56,150 nucleotides of DNA, taken from the IMG/VR virus record IMGVR_UViG_3300037097_000033, positions 1 to 56,150 of that record. One strand, given 5' to 3'. Below are positions 28,775 to 38,348 of the stretch, piece after piece; the stretch's first letter is position 1, and the number at the start of each line of letters is the position of its first letter. Made by a program: the position numbers and the translations under genes. Below the pieces are notes generated by a model. That model worked only from the letters and a program-made list of their open reading frames with translations, did not search any database and had not been told where the DNA came from. The DNA comes from a virus (Duplodnaviria > Caudoviricetes).

Positions 28775-29358
28775 TTGTCGGCCTTCTCCGACGCCTTGGA
28801 CGACCACTCGGCGAGTTGAAAGGCGGCGCTCGTCAGGTCGCCCTCGGTGACGTACAGCGCCCGGCACACCCCTACCGCCGTGCGACCGTCGGTGACCAGC
28901 GCCGGCCCGAGCATGGCGGCCAGGTCGGGGTCCATGCGCGTCCAGGCGCCGGTAGGGTCGCCCTCTCTCAGTGAGTACTGCGTCTCGTCACCGGGGAGGA
29001 TGGCGTAGACGCCGATGCAGCAGTCGGCCAGGATCTGGGCGTTGGTCTGAGTGGCCCAGTCTCGAGCGCCGATCTTCTGGAAGCGCTCGGAAATGGCCGA
29101 GGCCTCGCTGGGCGCCACCGGGCGGTAGCGTACCCAAACCTTTAGGCCCATGCCCCGGCCGGACGGCGGCAGTTCGTCCCAGCGCGGTACTTCCAGGTCG
29201 AGGTAGAGCTCGTCTCTGACGGCGGCCAGCTTGGCCTTGAGGCCGGCGAGCGGGGACGGGACGGGCGGCGGTGTGGGTGCTTCCGAGCGGAAAGCCTCGG
29301 GCTCGGGTTCAGGGCCCGGCTCCGAGGCTTCCACGGCGGTGATATTGACGTTGGTCAT
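28756..29358 (-). CDS. tail assembly chaperone
   Basis: between tube and tape measure; ends in slippery site. Confidence 0.75.
   Translation of the reverse strand: MTNVNITAVEASEPGPEPEPEAFRSEAPTPPPVPSPLAGLKAKLAAVRDELYLDLEVPRWDELPPSGRGMGLKVWVRYRPVAPSEASAISERFQKIGARDWATQTNAQILADCCIGVYAILPGDETQYSLREGDPTGAWTRMDPDLAAMLGPALVTDGRTAVGVCRALYVTEGDLTSAAFQLAEWSSKASEKADKGFPRP
28768..28774 (-). other. programmed -1 ribosomal frameshift site G GGT TTT
   Basis: X XXY YYZ heptamer just before the chaperone stop codon. Confidence 0.75.
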
Positions 29359-29395
29359 TTAGGGCGTGCTCCCTTTTGGTTTGCGGTGCGCTGGT

Positions 29396-29848
29396 TTAGT
29401 TGGCCAGGGTCGTGGCGTTGATCTGTACGGTCCACTTACGGGCGGCTTCGGAGTCGGAGTCGACGTTGCCCAGCTTTATGTCGCCGAGCATGCCTTGCCA
29501 TGTGCGGGGCGTGCCGAAGGCGGACAGGTTGGCGTCGAGCGGCTGCTCGCTCACCGTTGCGCGGGCCATGCCGCTAAGCGCGAGGAGCTTCGACGACAAT
29601 TGCTGGTCGTTGTCGCCGAACCCGTCGCTGCCGTTGTTGTAGACGCGTTCAAGGGTGAGCGCGTCGTATTTGATCAGGCTCGGGTAGATGACCTCGGTCT
29701 TACTGCCGCCGGGCCGGTGCTTGATTGGTGCGGTGGTGACATCTCCACCGTCTCGCTTGTCCCAGGTGCCGCAGTTGATGGCTGCCGCACCCGCCGGGCT
29801 GAGTGGTTGAACATGAAGGGTCAACAGTGCCATCTGTTCTGAGGACAT
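29396..29848 (-). CDS. tail tube protein
   Basis: 150 aa after sheath; KHRPGG...LTLERVY...DSDS. Confidence 0.8.
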   Translation of the reverse strand: MSSEQMALLTLHVQPLSPAGAAAINCGTWDKRDGGDVTTAPIKHRPGGSKTEVIYPSLIKYDALTLERVYNNGSDGFGDNDQQLSSKLLALSGMARATVSEQPLDANLSAFGTPRTWQGMLGDIKLGNVDSDSEAARKWTVQINATTLAN

Positions 29849-29886
29849 GGGTTTCCTTTCGTGCTAAATCGTGATTGGAAGGGCGA

Positions 29887-31434
29887 TTAGGTACCGGCTG
29901 AGGCGTTGGTCCCAGCCGGGACTACGACCACGCTGTTCATGACGAACTCCGCCGTGGGACTGAATGCCACGGTCGTGGCCGCGAGCAGTTCGCCCGCGGC
30001 GAGGGTTATCGGGGTGTTCACCTGCGGGCCGGTGTTGACGCTGAAGGCGGCCGAGGCGGTGGCCCCGTACAAGGCACCGTTTTGCCACTCGCCCTGGCAG
30101 ACCCCGGCGATCGCTCCGTTGTAGGCGCTGATGGTATGGCCTTCACCGTCGATCTGTTCGAAGACGAAGGGCTTGCCAGCCTGGTCGAACAGGCTCTTGA
30201 GCGACATGCGCTCCCGGGCGTAGTTGGCCTGCGCCCACGCCGGGTTAGACGAGAAGGTGACGAAGCCGTAGAGCTCCACCGGTCCCCCCTGGCCGAACTG
30301 GCGGATGACCGAAACCCCGGCCGTGTTCAGCGTGCCCCGGTCGGCCTGGACATAGGTCTGCGTGACGCCGATGGCGTAGCTGGAGATGCCATTAGCGCCG
30401 GCGGCGGCGACGTTGCAGTTGTTGTTCTGGTCCGAGGTCGCCAGGAGGGCAGCGACCAGAGCGGAGGGCGGGACCGTGCGCGTGTTGGCCACAGGGGACG
30501 CCCCGATGGCCGCGCCGGCAATGCCGGGGATGATGACCCACGGGGCCAGGAACATCCCGAAGGAACCGTCGCCGCTCGTGATGCTCTGCACCGAGCTCAC
30601 GACGGAGCTCGCGGTCGCGGAGTCGACATCGTCGCAAAGAGCGAACCGGTTGTTGATCAGCGCGCCCGAGGACGGATCGAGCGCACCGGCGTGGGCGAGG
30701 AGAGCCTCCCACCCGAGTACGGTCGTGTGGCCTGGCGCGCAGACCTGGCCGGGGCCGAGCTCGGGTGGGAACGCAGTCAGAGCGCTGGTCCACGGCGTCT
30801 CGGTGACGCCCGCAAGGTTGTCGGCGCCCGTAGCGAGGTTGGTGGCAGCCAGGACGGCCGGGTTGTTGGTCGGCGAGACGCTCGCGCTGCCGTCGTTGGC
30901 GATCGTGAACGGGAACGCCCACGGCGTGGTGCCGGCCATGTTGGTGGCCCAGGTAACGGCGTCCGCCGGGAAGAACAGGTTCGGCGATACCCAGCTCTGG
31001 CCCGTGGCCGGGTTGGCGATGGTGATGACGTAGCTGTTGGAGGCGGTGCCGTTCGCCACTGCCACGGTGCACGCGTTGCCCCACACGCCGCCGCCGTTGG
31101 CCGTGACGGTCAGGGTGGAAAGCGGGCTGCCGGCCCGGTCCACCAGGACCAGGGTGGCATTGACGGCCGACGGGCCCACGATGCGGGAGCCGTAGGCCAG
31201 GACCCCGCCATCGTGGAAGAACTCGTCAAACCAGTCGTAAAACATCGTGTAGCCGTTGCGGGTGCCCAGGTAGGAGGCGTAGTCGGTCATCGACGTGATG
31301 GGGATGGCCACGCCGACCGGCCCTTGGGCCGCTTCACCGGTGACGAACGCCGTGCCGGTGCTGGGGGCGAGCCCGGCCGACGGAGCGGCGGCGATGATGT
31401 TGACGTAGTTGCCGGGGGCAGTGGGGACGGTCAT
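29887..31434 (-). CDS. tail sheath protein
   Basis: APGNYV, TAFVTG..QGP, VPPSALVAA, LNTAGVSVIR, FVFEQID. Confidence 0.9.
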   Translation of the reverse strand: MTVPTAPGNYVNIIAAAPSAGLAPSTGTAFVTGEAAQGPVGVAIPITSMTDYASYLGTRNGYTMFYDWFDEFFHDGGVLAYGSRIVGPSAVNATLVLVDRAGSPLSTLTVTANGGGVWGNACTVAVANGTASNSYVITIANPATGQSWVSPNLFFPADAVTWATNMAGTTPWAFPFTIANDGSASVSPTNNPAVLAATNLATGADNLAGVTETPWTSALTAFPPELGPGQVCAPGHTTVLGWEALLAHAGALDPSSGALINNRFALCDDVDSATASSVVSSVQSITSGDGSFGMFLAPWVIIPGIAGAAIGASPVANTRTVPPSALVAALLATSDQNNNCNVAAAGANGISSYAIGVTQTYVQADRGTLNTAGVSVIRQFGQGGPVELYGFVTFSSNPAWAQANYARERMSLKSLFDQAGKPFVFEQIDGEGHTISAYNGAIAGVCQGEWQNGALYGATASAAFSVNTGPQVNTPITLAAGELLAATTVAFSPTAEFVMNSVVVVPAGTNASAGT

Positions 31435-31658
31435 GCTTGGACCTCCTGGGGACGGGCAGGCTCGGAGCTCTTGACCGGTACCGCCGTGGGCGGCGCGGCC
31501 TTGGGCTGGTTCCCCGCGAGACGGAGATGGCCCTGCTCAATAAGGTGTTGGTGACGCTCGCTGTCCTCGATCTCGGCGATTTCTCCGGGGTGCAGGTGGC
31601 GCCCGTTGTCGAGACAGATGGGATAGCTAGCGTTCGTGACGACGGTGATCTGGCTCAC
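31431..31658 (-). CDS. small virion-associated protein
   Basis: GTG coupled to previous stop; LHPGEIAEI..LIEQGHL. Confidence 0.6.
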   Translation of the reverse strand: MSQITVVTNASYPICLDNGRHLHPGEIAEIEDSERHQHLIEQGHLRLAGNQPKAAPPTAVPVKSSEPARPQEVQA

Positions 31659-32335
31659 GAGGGTTCCTCCTGGGTGATGGTGACGCCGGTGTAGATGACT
31701 TCGGTGGGCTCGGCTGGGGCGAGCACGGACGGGACGGTCGGCCCGCCGAAGGGGCTCATGGCGTTGGACAGGGTGACGCCGAACATGACCAGCGAGGTCA
31801 TGCGCCACAGCGTGGCGGACCGGGCCTCGGTGCCGATCTTGTAGCCGTGCCACTTGGTGCCCTCGGCGAAGGGTTGCGGGAGCCCGGTCACTGAGTTCGT
31901 GCCGACATCGCCAAGGCCGGGGTGCTGAGCGATGGCCCCGATCACCGCGGCGACGTAGCCGTTGCCGATGGCCCGGGACTCGTTGAAGTCTTCGGTGCCG
32001 CCGTAGAAAACGCTTACCCGGGCGTCGAAGGTGGTCCGGGTCGCGCCGTTCTGGCCAGTGCCGGCCGAGCGGGTAGGCATGCCGATGGTGCCGGGGACGA
32101 CGACCATGACCTGAGCCGTGCCGGCGTCGATGGTGCGCTCCGTCGGCTGGTAGAGGTAGTCCTGGGGAACGGCGAGGAAGTCGCCTTCGAGTTGGCGGTT
32201 GATCTCGGCGATATAGGTCGGCAGCCACATTTGCAGCGTGCGGCGCAGGGCCACTTCGACAGAACCGCCCATGTAGAGCGCCCCGAAAACGTCGGGGAGA
32301 TAGCTGAGGTCCCACCCCTGCCAGGTCGTGTCCAC
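31655..32335 (-). CDS. tail terminator / neck protein
   Basis: synteny upstream of sheath. Confidence 0.55.
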   Translation of the reverse strand: MDTTWQGWDLSYLPDVFGALYMGGSVEVALRRTLQMWLPTYIAEINRQLEGDFLAVPQDYLYQPTERTIDAGTAQVMVVVPGTIGMPTRSAGTGQNGATRTTFDARVSVFYGGTEDFNESRAIGNGYVAAVIGAIAQHPGLGDVGTNSVTGLPQPFAEGTKWHGYKIGTEARSATLWRMTSLVMFGVTLSNAMSPFGGPTVPSVLAPAEPTEVIYTGVTITQEEPS

Positions 32336-32337
32336 GG

Positions 32338-32712
32338 CTAGACCTGCCTCCACACGTTGCCCTCATCGAGGAAACCGTGCCAGCCGTCGCTTTCCGTACT
32401 GTCGCCCGCCCGGTCGCTGATGCTCGCCCTGATCTCCAATGAGCCGTCCGGGCACTCTCGGAAGGTGTGCGGTGGGAAGTTGACATGCTGGACGCTGCGG
32501 GCGCGCGCCGGCACACCTTCGTCCCGGGCGTTGGGCTTCAGGAAGAAGCACGAGAGGCCCGGGCCGGCGTAGCCGCTGATGGGGCCGCAGTAGTCACCGG
32601 GCCGCTCGAAGGCTGGCATGCGGCCGTCAGGAAAAACGGGGCGCCCCTCGTCGGTCAGGGCCTCGTCTGGGATTGGCTGGAGCCGGCGACCGATCAGGAT
32701 GCGGGATGCCAC
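32338..32712 (-). CDS. DUF6527-like protein
   Basis: DGSLEIRASI...WHGFLDEGNVW. Confidence 0.5.
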   Translation of the reverse strand: MASRILIGRRLQPIPDEALTDEGRPVFPDGRMPAFERPGDYCGPISGYAGPGLSCFFLKPNARDEGVPARARSVQHVNFPPHTFRECPDGSLEIRASISDRAGDSTESDGWHGFLDEGNVWRQV

Positions 32713-33212
32713 TAGAGCGCCGACATTTCGACTTCGCCGGACATGAGCCAGCCCTCCAGGATGGCGGCCCACGCCTCGGCTGCCCCGCTGTCCAAGTCGA
32801 CGATCTTGCGCTGCGGCGGCCACCCGGCCCCGGATGCGTGCAGGCGAAAGCCGCCCGTCTGGTGCCAATGCGCGTACGGCACGGTGGTGCCCGCCTCGAC
32901 CGAGAACGGCGTCAGGATCGAGTAGGAGCCTTCGCCCTCGCTGGTGATCGAAGCCATGAGCACGCCGGTGTCCTGCAGTATCTCGTCGAAGTTCTGGTTG
33001 GTGCGCGCCCAGCTGCCAGTCATGGAGATGGTCGCTTCGGCCAGCGGCAGCCAGCCCGGCCCGTTGGCGTTGAAGCGTTCCTTCTCTATGGCGTGGAAGG
33101 ACTCGATGACGGCGCCGAAGGCCGGCTCCCAGTCGGAGGCCCGGTCGACCATGGCGTCCAGTTGCTTCTGGAGAGCAGCCCCGCCCGCCAGCGGTTCGTA
33201 GCCCGTGCTCAC
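32712..33212 (-). CDS. virion morphogenesis protein (Mu gpG-like)
   Basis: WLPLAEAT, ILQDTGVLMASI, GTTVPYAHWHQTG, PQRKI. Confidence 0.8.
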   Translation of the reverse strand: MSTGYEPLAGGAALQKQLDAMVDRASDWEPAFGAVIESFHAIEKERFNANGPGWLPLAEATISMTGSWARTNQNFDEILQDTGVLMASITSEGEGSYSILTPFSVEAGTTVPYAHWHQTGGFRLHASGAGWPPQRKIVDLDSGAAEAWAAILEGWLMSGEVEMSAL

Positions 33213-33889
33213 GAGCGAGCCCAGGCGCTCATGAGCTTGTCGATCTGCTTTTCGATCTCGTCGAAGTTCATTTCCTTGCGGAGCTGGGGCTCCTTGTCGA
33301 GCATCAGCATCTTGGCCGCCTGGTAGCGGCACAGGCGCTGCAAAGACGGAGGGATAGCCACGGTGAAGCCGCCCGAGTAGACGACCTCCATGTTGGTGCC
33401 CTCGGGCGCGAAGGTGCCTAAGCGCATCCGAGCCTCGCCCGTGTCCGGGTAAGGGCCCTCAAGCGATCCCGTGTCGACACTGATGAGCGACCCAAAGGTG
33501 AGGTGCAGGGTTATGGACGTGATGCTGTACGTCCACAATTCGGTGTAGTGCGGAGCAGCCTGGTCGAGCCAGAACTTCCGCACCAGGTTGTCGGACTGGT
33601 AGGCGGCGGCTTGGGACATCCCGAGCGAGCCGTAGATGTCGAGCGGGCTGTCGGTAGAGGCCCCGTACTCGTCGGGGTCGATACCGAACAGGCGGTGTGA
33701 CTCCACCACGTTCGTGAAGGGAGCCAGCCGGCGGTCTACGGCGTCCTCTATGGCAGCCGTGGCTTCGACCATGAGCTGTTCCACGGCCAGCGGGTCCGCA
33801 CCGACGCCCTGCTGGCACAGAGCGGGAAAGAAGCGCTTGAAGTCGGCCGCGCTCGCCAGAGGCGGTGGGACCGTGCTGACGATGGCCAT
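33209..33889 (-). CDS. head-to-tail adaptor
   Basis: EATAAIEDAVDR, VVYSGGF..IPPSLQ. Confidence 0.7.
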   Translation of the reverse strand: MAIVSTVPPPLASAADFKRFFPALCQQGVGADPLAVEQLMVEATAAIEDAVDRRLAPFTNVVESHRLFGIDPDEYGASTDSPLDIYGSLGMSQAAAYQSDNLVRKFWLDQAAPHYTELWTYSITSITLHLTFGSLISVDTGSLEGPYPDTGEARMRLGTFAPEGTNMEVVYSGGFTVAIPPSLQRLCRYQAAKMLMLDKEPQLRKEMNFDEIEKQIDKLMSAWARS

Positions 33890-33904
33890 GCCGCCTCCCC
33901 CTGC

Positions 33905-34339
33905 TTACCCTGCGCCCGGTTCGGTGCTCTCGGCGTCCAAGACGGCAACGACTCCGCCGTTGTCGGGCGGCTCGGGGAACACGGTGGACGGCGTGGTGGT
34001 CTCGGTCGGCGCGACGTCGGCAGGCACGGCGGCACCTCTGGAGCGCATCGACCAGGCCGGGACCAGTGGCTCGCTGGCCAGCCCGGGCCCGGCATCCGCT
34101 GTGACGACGCCTTCGTAGATCTCGTCGTCGGGTTCGTCGACCTCGACTACCGGGTGGCCAGTGAACGGCACGACGACCTCGCCGACCTCGACGACCTCAG
34201 TGAATGGCGACGGAGCTGTGCCACCTTGGGGGAAGTTGGCCGGCACGACTTCGGCGAACTCGCCCTGGACCACAGGGGCAGGGTTGTGGGTGGCTTCCTG
34301 AGGGGGCGGGACGTTGCGGGTGACGGGTTCCTGGGTCAT
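33905..34339 (-). CDS. acidic Pro-rich hypothetical protein
   Basis: ATGA coupling at 34339. Confidence 0.55.
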   Translation of the reverse strand: MTQEPVTRNVPPPQEATHNPAPVVQGEFAEVVPANFPQGGTAPSPFTEVVEVGEVVVPFTGHPVVEVDEPDDEIYEGVVTADAGPGLASEPLVPAWSMRSRGAAVPADVAPTETTTPSTVFPEPPDNGGVVAVLDAESTEPGAG

Positions 34340-34818
34340 CGGTCGGACGAGAGCTCGATGGAGGGACCAGCGAAAACGGGAGAGGGCACCACGAAGGGCC
34401 CGGGCGACCACAGCTCGCCGGTGTACGGCTCGAACTCGCCACCTGTGCCGGTCGGCTCTTCGCCGGCCTTGTCCTCGGCGTAGGTGAACAACCGGAGGCC
34501 GTGGGGTCCCGTCACGTCGCTGACCGGTACCCAGCTCAGGGCGTCGATGGTGCGGGAAGAGCCGACGAAGGCGTACAGGGGCAGCTTGGAGTCAGGGTCG
34601 TACGTCTGCACCAGCACGGGGACGACGGGCGCCACGACGGGCGCAGCGGGCACGGGGATGCCGGCGGCGGCGGTCTTCAGCACCACGGTGGTGGAACTGA
34701 TGCGGGACGCGGCGGCTTCGATGGCGGCGCTGTCCTCAGCCACGATGGCGGCTTGCAGGTCGGCGTCTTGCGCCACCAGGGCGGCCACGGCGGCGTTCAG
34801 GTCAAGGATTGGGGTCAC
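34336..34818 (-). CDS. hypothetical protein
   Basis: GGAG RBS, coupled. Confidence 0.6.
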   Translation of the reverse strand: MTPILDLNAAVAALVAQDADLQAAIVAEDSAAIEAAASRISSTTVVLKTAAAGIPVPAAPVVAPVVPVLVQTYDPDSKLPLYAFVGSSRTIDALSWVPVSDVTGPHGLRLFTYAEDKAGEEPTGTGGEFEPYTGELWSPGPFVVPSPVFAGPSIELSSDR

Positions 34819-35018
34819 GTGTTTCTCCGTCTGCGAGGGTCGTCACCGACCGGGGGATGGTGGCGCTCGGCCGGCTCGGGCTCGGGCTCGACTACGGCTT
34901 CGCCCACGAACGGGCTACGGGCGACTTTGCCAAGCATCACCGCGGCCTCGGCGTGTTGGCGTGCCACTTCGGCGCGGTCGCTGAACGGGCTGTGGGCGGT
35001 GCCTGAGTTCTGCGGCAT
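34815..35018 (-). CDS. small hypothetical protein
   Basis: AGGAG RBS before ATG 35018. Confidence 0.6.
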   Translation of the reverse strand: MPQNSGTAHSPFSDRAEVARQHAEAAVMLGKVARSPFVGEAVVEPEPEPAERHHPPVGDDPRRRRNT

Positions 35019-35094
35019 ATGTGCTCCTAGAGGAAAGGCCCGAGGGCCGGGCGCACGAGGGAGGCGCGCGCCCGGCCGGTCCCGGGGTGGGGAA

Positions 35095-36519
35095 TTAGGC
35101 CGCCAGTGTGACCAGGGCGTTGGTTGCCCGGGCCAGGAAGTACTGGTCCCGGACCGCCAGGCAGTTGTCGTCCACGAAGGCGAACGGCAGGCTGTCCGGG
35201 CTGGACGTGGTCGGGTAGACGTTGACCGTCTGGAACTCCCGGACGTAGGGCCGGATGAGCAGGTCCGGGTCGAGTGGCAGCAGGTACAGGTTCTGCTGGC
35301 CCGTCGCCGGAGGAGCAAACCCGGTGTTGGTGCCCACGTAGGCGGCCGGGTAGGTCGCCGGGACGGTCGAGCCGTTCTGGGGGACCAGGGTCACGCCGGT
35401 GTCCACGATGGAGGTCGTGGGGATCGGGGTGATGTTGTCGCTCTGAAGCCCGACGTTGGCGTCGACGAAACCGAGGAGCGACTCGGTGCCCGTCCCGCCG
35501 GCGGCCGCAGTGCGCCACACCTTGTAATGGGTGGGCGAGAGCGTCTGGCCGAGCGTGGTCACCGACGGAGGTGTGAAGGCCAGGGTGATGAGGTTGACGC
35601 CCACGCCCGCACCCGTTGCCTGGCTGACCTCAGCCGAAGCCAGGATCTCGCCGAAGCGGGCGATGACGGCGCTAACCATGTACTTGTACGTGGTCGAGGC
35701 CGGCATGCCGCCACCCGTCGCCGTCGTGGTGGCCGTTACAGTGCCCATCGTGTTGGAGCGCGGGTTCAGGAAGGAGGACTTCATGATGGGGATGTTGCGG
35801 TAGCTCGCCACGATGAGACCGGGGGCGACCTCGACGTTGGTGAGCGCCCCATGGTCGGCAGCGATAAAGCGCTGCTGGTTGGTGAGGAGCTGGGCGATGC
35901 GAGAATCGACCGTCGAGCTCACCACGAAGGCGTACTTGGTCGAAGCACCGGGGTACTCGGCCGAGTTCGTCTCCACAAGTTCGATCATCTGGTCGAACAG
36001 GCCCAAGTCGAAAGCGGCGTTGGCCCAGGCGATCGTGTTCGGCGCGCCACCCCCCACGATGTTCACGAGGCTGTCCAAGCCGTCCATGTGAGGGTACGGA
36101 CCGTTCAGGGTCGAAGCGGCGTTGCCCCACACGAGGTCCGTCTCGACGTCCCACATGAGGCCCCTACTGGCGCCCTGGATTTCCTTGGCCCGCAGCGACC
36201 CGATCAGGTCAGCGGTCACTGCCTCGGCGTAACCCGTGACACCGCCCACGATCTGGTAGTTCTTCATCGTCACCGGGAACTGGGCGTAGGTGGACGCGCT
36301 GATGGGCCGAGCACCACCGTCGGTGACGGCGCCGCCCGCAGCTACCTGCGTCCGCTGGTTGAAGTTGTAAACAGTCGATCCCCAGCGAACGGACGGGAGC
36401 ACCCGGACCAGGGGGGCGTAACGACGCTGCATCTCGTGGACGACAGGGTCGATCTGCTTCTGGACCAGGGCACTCGCGCCGGTGGCGCTGAGGATGGCTT
36501 CGGAGAGTGCTGTAGCCAT
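35095..36519 (-). CDS. major capsid protein (HK97 fold) with Ig-like insertion
   Basis: AAAGGA RBS; ETDLVWGN...DGLDSL; follows protease/scaffold. Confidence 0.85.
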   Translation of the reverse strand: MATALSEAILSATGASALVQKQIDPVVHEMQRRYAPLVRVLPSVRWGSTVYNFNQRTQVAAGGAVTDGGARPISASTYAQFPVTMKNYQIVGGVTGYAEAVTADLIGSLRAKEIQGASRGLMWDVETDLVWGNAASTLNGPYPHMDGLDSLVNIVGGGAPNTIAWANAAFDLGLFDQMIELVETNSAEYPGASTKYAFVVSSTVDSRIAQLLTNQQRFIAADHGALTNVEVAPGLIVASYRNIPIMKSSFLNPRSNTMGTVTATTTATGGGMPASTTYKYMVSAVIARFGEILASAEVSQATGAGVGVNLITLAFTPPSVTTLGQTLSPTHYKVWRTAAAGGTGTESLLGFVDANVGLQSDNITPIPTTSIVDTGVTLVPQNGSTVPATYPAAYVGTNTGFAPPATGQQNLYLLPLDPDLLIRPYVREFQTVNVYPTTSSPDSLPFAFVDDNCLAVRDQYFLARATNALVTLAA

Positions 36520-36565
36520 CGTTTTGTCCTTTCTGGACGGGGAGTTGAGAGGGGAGCCGAGCGCG

Positions 36566-36603
36566 AAAAAGCCCCGGACCGTCAAAACAGGCACGGGGCT
36601 TTT
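36566..36603. terminator. bidirectional terminator-like hairpin upstream of capsid gene
   Basis: AAAAAGCCCCG-17 nt-CGGGGCTTTT. Confidence 0.5.
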
Positions 36604-36615
36604 AGAGCGGGCTGG

Positions 36616-38334
36616 CTAGGCCATTTGTGGCAGGAGCGGGTCGAAGGTGTCGAGGATCGCCTTGTTGAAGTCCTCGTCGGACATCTCGGCCAGCTTCTTA
36701 GGGTCGCTCTCGACCTTGGACTCACCTATCGCGCGCGCCTGGGCGACCAAACCGCGCCGGGTGATGCCGCCAGAGCGGCGGACTTCCTCGATGACCTCTT
36801 CGCGCACCTTGGTGGTGGTGGCTTCGACGATCGACTCGCCGAAGGTCTTGAGGTCGGCCAACGTGACCGGCTTGGCCGCGGCAGCCGCATCGGCTTCGGC
36901 GACGACGCGCCGGGCCTTGGCGAGCTCGTCCTCGACCACGGGGGCGGGCTTGGCTGTCAGCATCTCGGCCAGCAGTTCGATAGGGGTCTTGGCTGCGGGT
37001 GCGGTCTCAGTGACCGGAGCGGGAGTGAGTAGAACGCGCAGTTCCTCGGTGGTGTACTCGGTCTTGGTAGCGTCCAGGGTCGCCGCCTGCTCGGGAGTGA
37101 GCAGCGCCTTGACTTGGTCCGCGCTGTGGACAGGCATAGATGCCCCTTTCGGTTGGCCGACGCTTTCGGCGCCGGGGACTGGTTGCCCGCACTGCGGGCA
37201 GAACATTGCGGGAGAAGCGAAGGAGGCGCCGCACGAGGGGCAATCCTCCATGTCGTCGTCGTCGGCCTCGTCGCCCGGCTTGATGTCGATGTCACCGTCG
37301 TTGTCGGGGTCGAGCGCCAGCAGGCCGGCCAGAGCGGCGCGGGCGATGCGGGTAGCCACCTTGGCGAGGTTTGCGGGCTCGTCGGTGTAGCCGCTGACGC
37401 TGATGCTTCCTTGCCCGTTGTCGAGGCTGGTGGAGGCGTACGCTTCGATCACGTCGACGAACTCGGCACCCAGACGGCCGAGGGTTTCGTCCAGGTCGAC
37501 GGACTCTTTGGCCACGTCGATGCCGAACCGCTTGCATGCCGCCTTGATCTTGGACTTGATGCGGGCGAGTTGCGCGCTCGAGTACTTGGCAGCGTTGCCG
37601 CCCTTGTTGATGTACGACCAGGCGGACCGGGCGTGCCCCTTGGTGTCCAGGGGATAGCGCTTGACCTTGTCCTTCTGGTAGCCAGGATCGGCGTAGTTGC
37701 TGCCCGGCGTGAGCGCGCGCTCGTCGACACAGGCCGTGCACAGCCCGTCCGCCATCGGGTGGGCGATCTCGGCTTCGAGCAGAGCCAGCACGGACGGCCG
37801 CTCCTCTTCCAGGCTCACGTCGAGGTCGTCGACGGACTCGGTGACCGTGCCCGCCGGGAGCGATTCGCCCAGCTTGCCGGCGTCGATCTGCGCGCTGCCC
37901 ACGCCCGGCCGGTGCGTGAAGTCGATGCCGGTGACGTCGAGGTCGGGGGCCGTTTCGTTGCCCTGGTCGTCCTTGGTCACGTCGCCGACCCACTGGCCGA
38001 AGATGGAGACCGTCTTCAGTGCCGCTTTGCCGTCCTTGTCCGGCACGGCCATGGCGGCGATGTCCCGGCCCGCGTCGGTGGGCAGGATGTCGGCCTCGAA
38101 GCGACCGGCGCCAGCGTCGTTCTGGTAGACCTTGGTCACGTTCGCCGCGGTGGCCCGGGTGTCGCCTTCAGCATGGGCCTTGTGCGAGGTATGCATCGGG
38201 ATGGCCGCGCCACTCGCCAGGCGCGCGTTCATGCGCTTGACAGCGTGGCCGATGTTCTCCCGGTCGTAGCGCCGGTGGTTCCGGCTGACGCCGGGTGCCA
38301 GGAAGGTGCCCTTGAGCGTGCCGATTCGAGCCAT
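36616..38334 (-). CDS. prohead protease fused to DUF6582-like, zinc-ribbon and scaffold domains
   Basis: GVSRNHRRY, TSH, VSIFG, IDFTHRPGV; YADPGYQKDKVKRYPLDT..AWSYIN; CPSC..CPQC; helical C-terminus. Confidence 0.8.
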   Translation of the reverse strand: MARIGTLKGTFLAPGVSRNHRRYDRENIGHAVKRMNARLASGAAIPMHTSHKAHAEGDTRATAANVTKVYQNDAGAGRFEADILPTDAGRDIAAMAVPDKDGKAALKTVSIFGQWVGDVTKDDQGNETAPDLDVTGIDFTHRPGVGSAQIDAGKLGESLPAGTVTESVDDLDVSLEEERPSVLALLEAEIAHPMADGLCTACVDERALTPGSNYADPGYQKDKVKRYPLDTKGHARSAWSYINKGGNAAKYSSAQLARIKSKIKAACKRFGIDVAKESVDLDETLGRLGAEFVDVIEAYASTSLDNGQGSISVSGYTDEPANLAKVATRIARAALAGLLALDPDNDGDIDIKPGDEADDDDMEDCPSCGASFASPAMFCPQCGQPVPGAESVGQPKGASMPVHSADQVKALLTPEQAATLDATKTEYTTEELRVLLTPAPVTETAPAAKTPIELLAEMLTAKPAPVVEDELAKARRVVAEADAAAAAKPVTLADLKTFGESIVEATTTKVREEVIEEVRRSGGITRRGLVAQARAIGESKVESDPKKLAEMSDEDFNKAILDTFDPLLPQMA

Positions 38335-38348
38335 GGGGCCCCTTTCGT

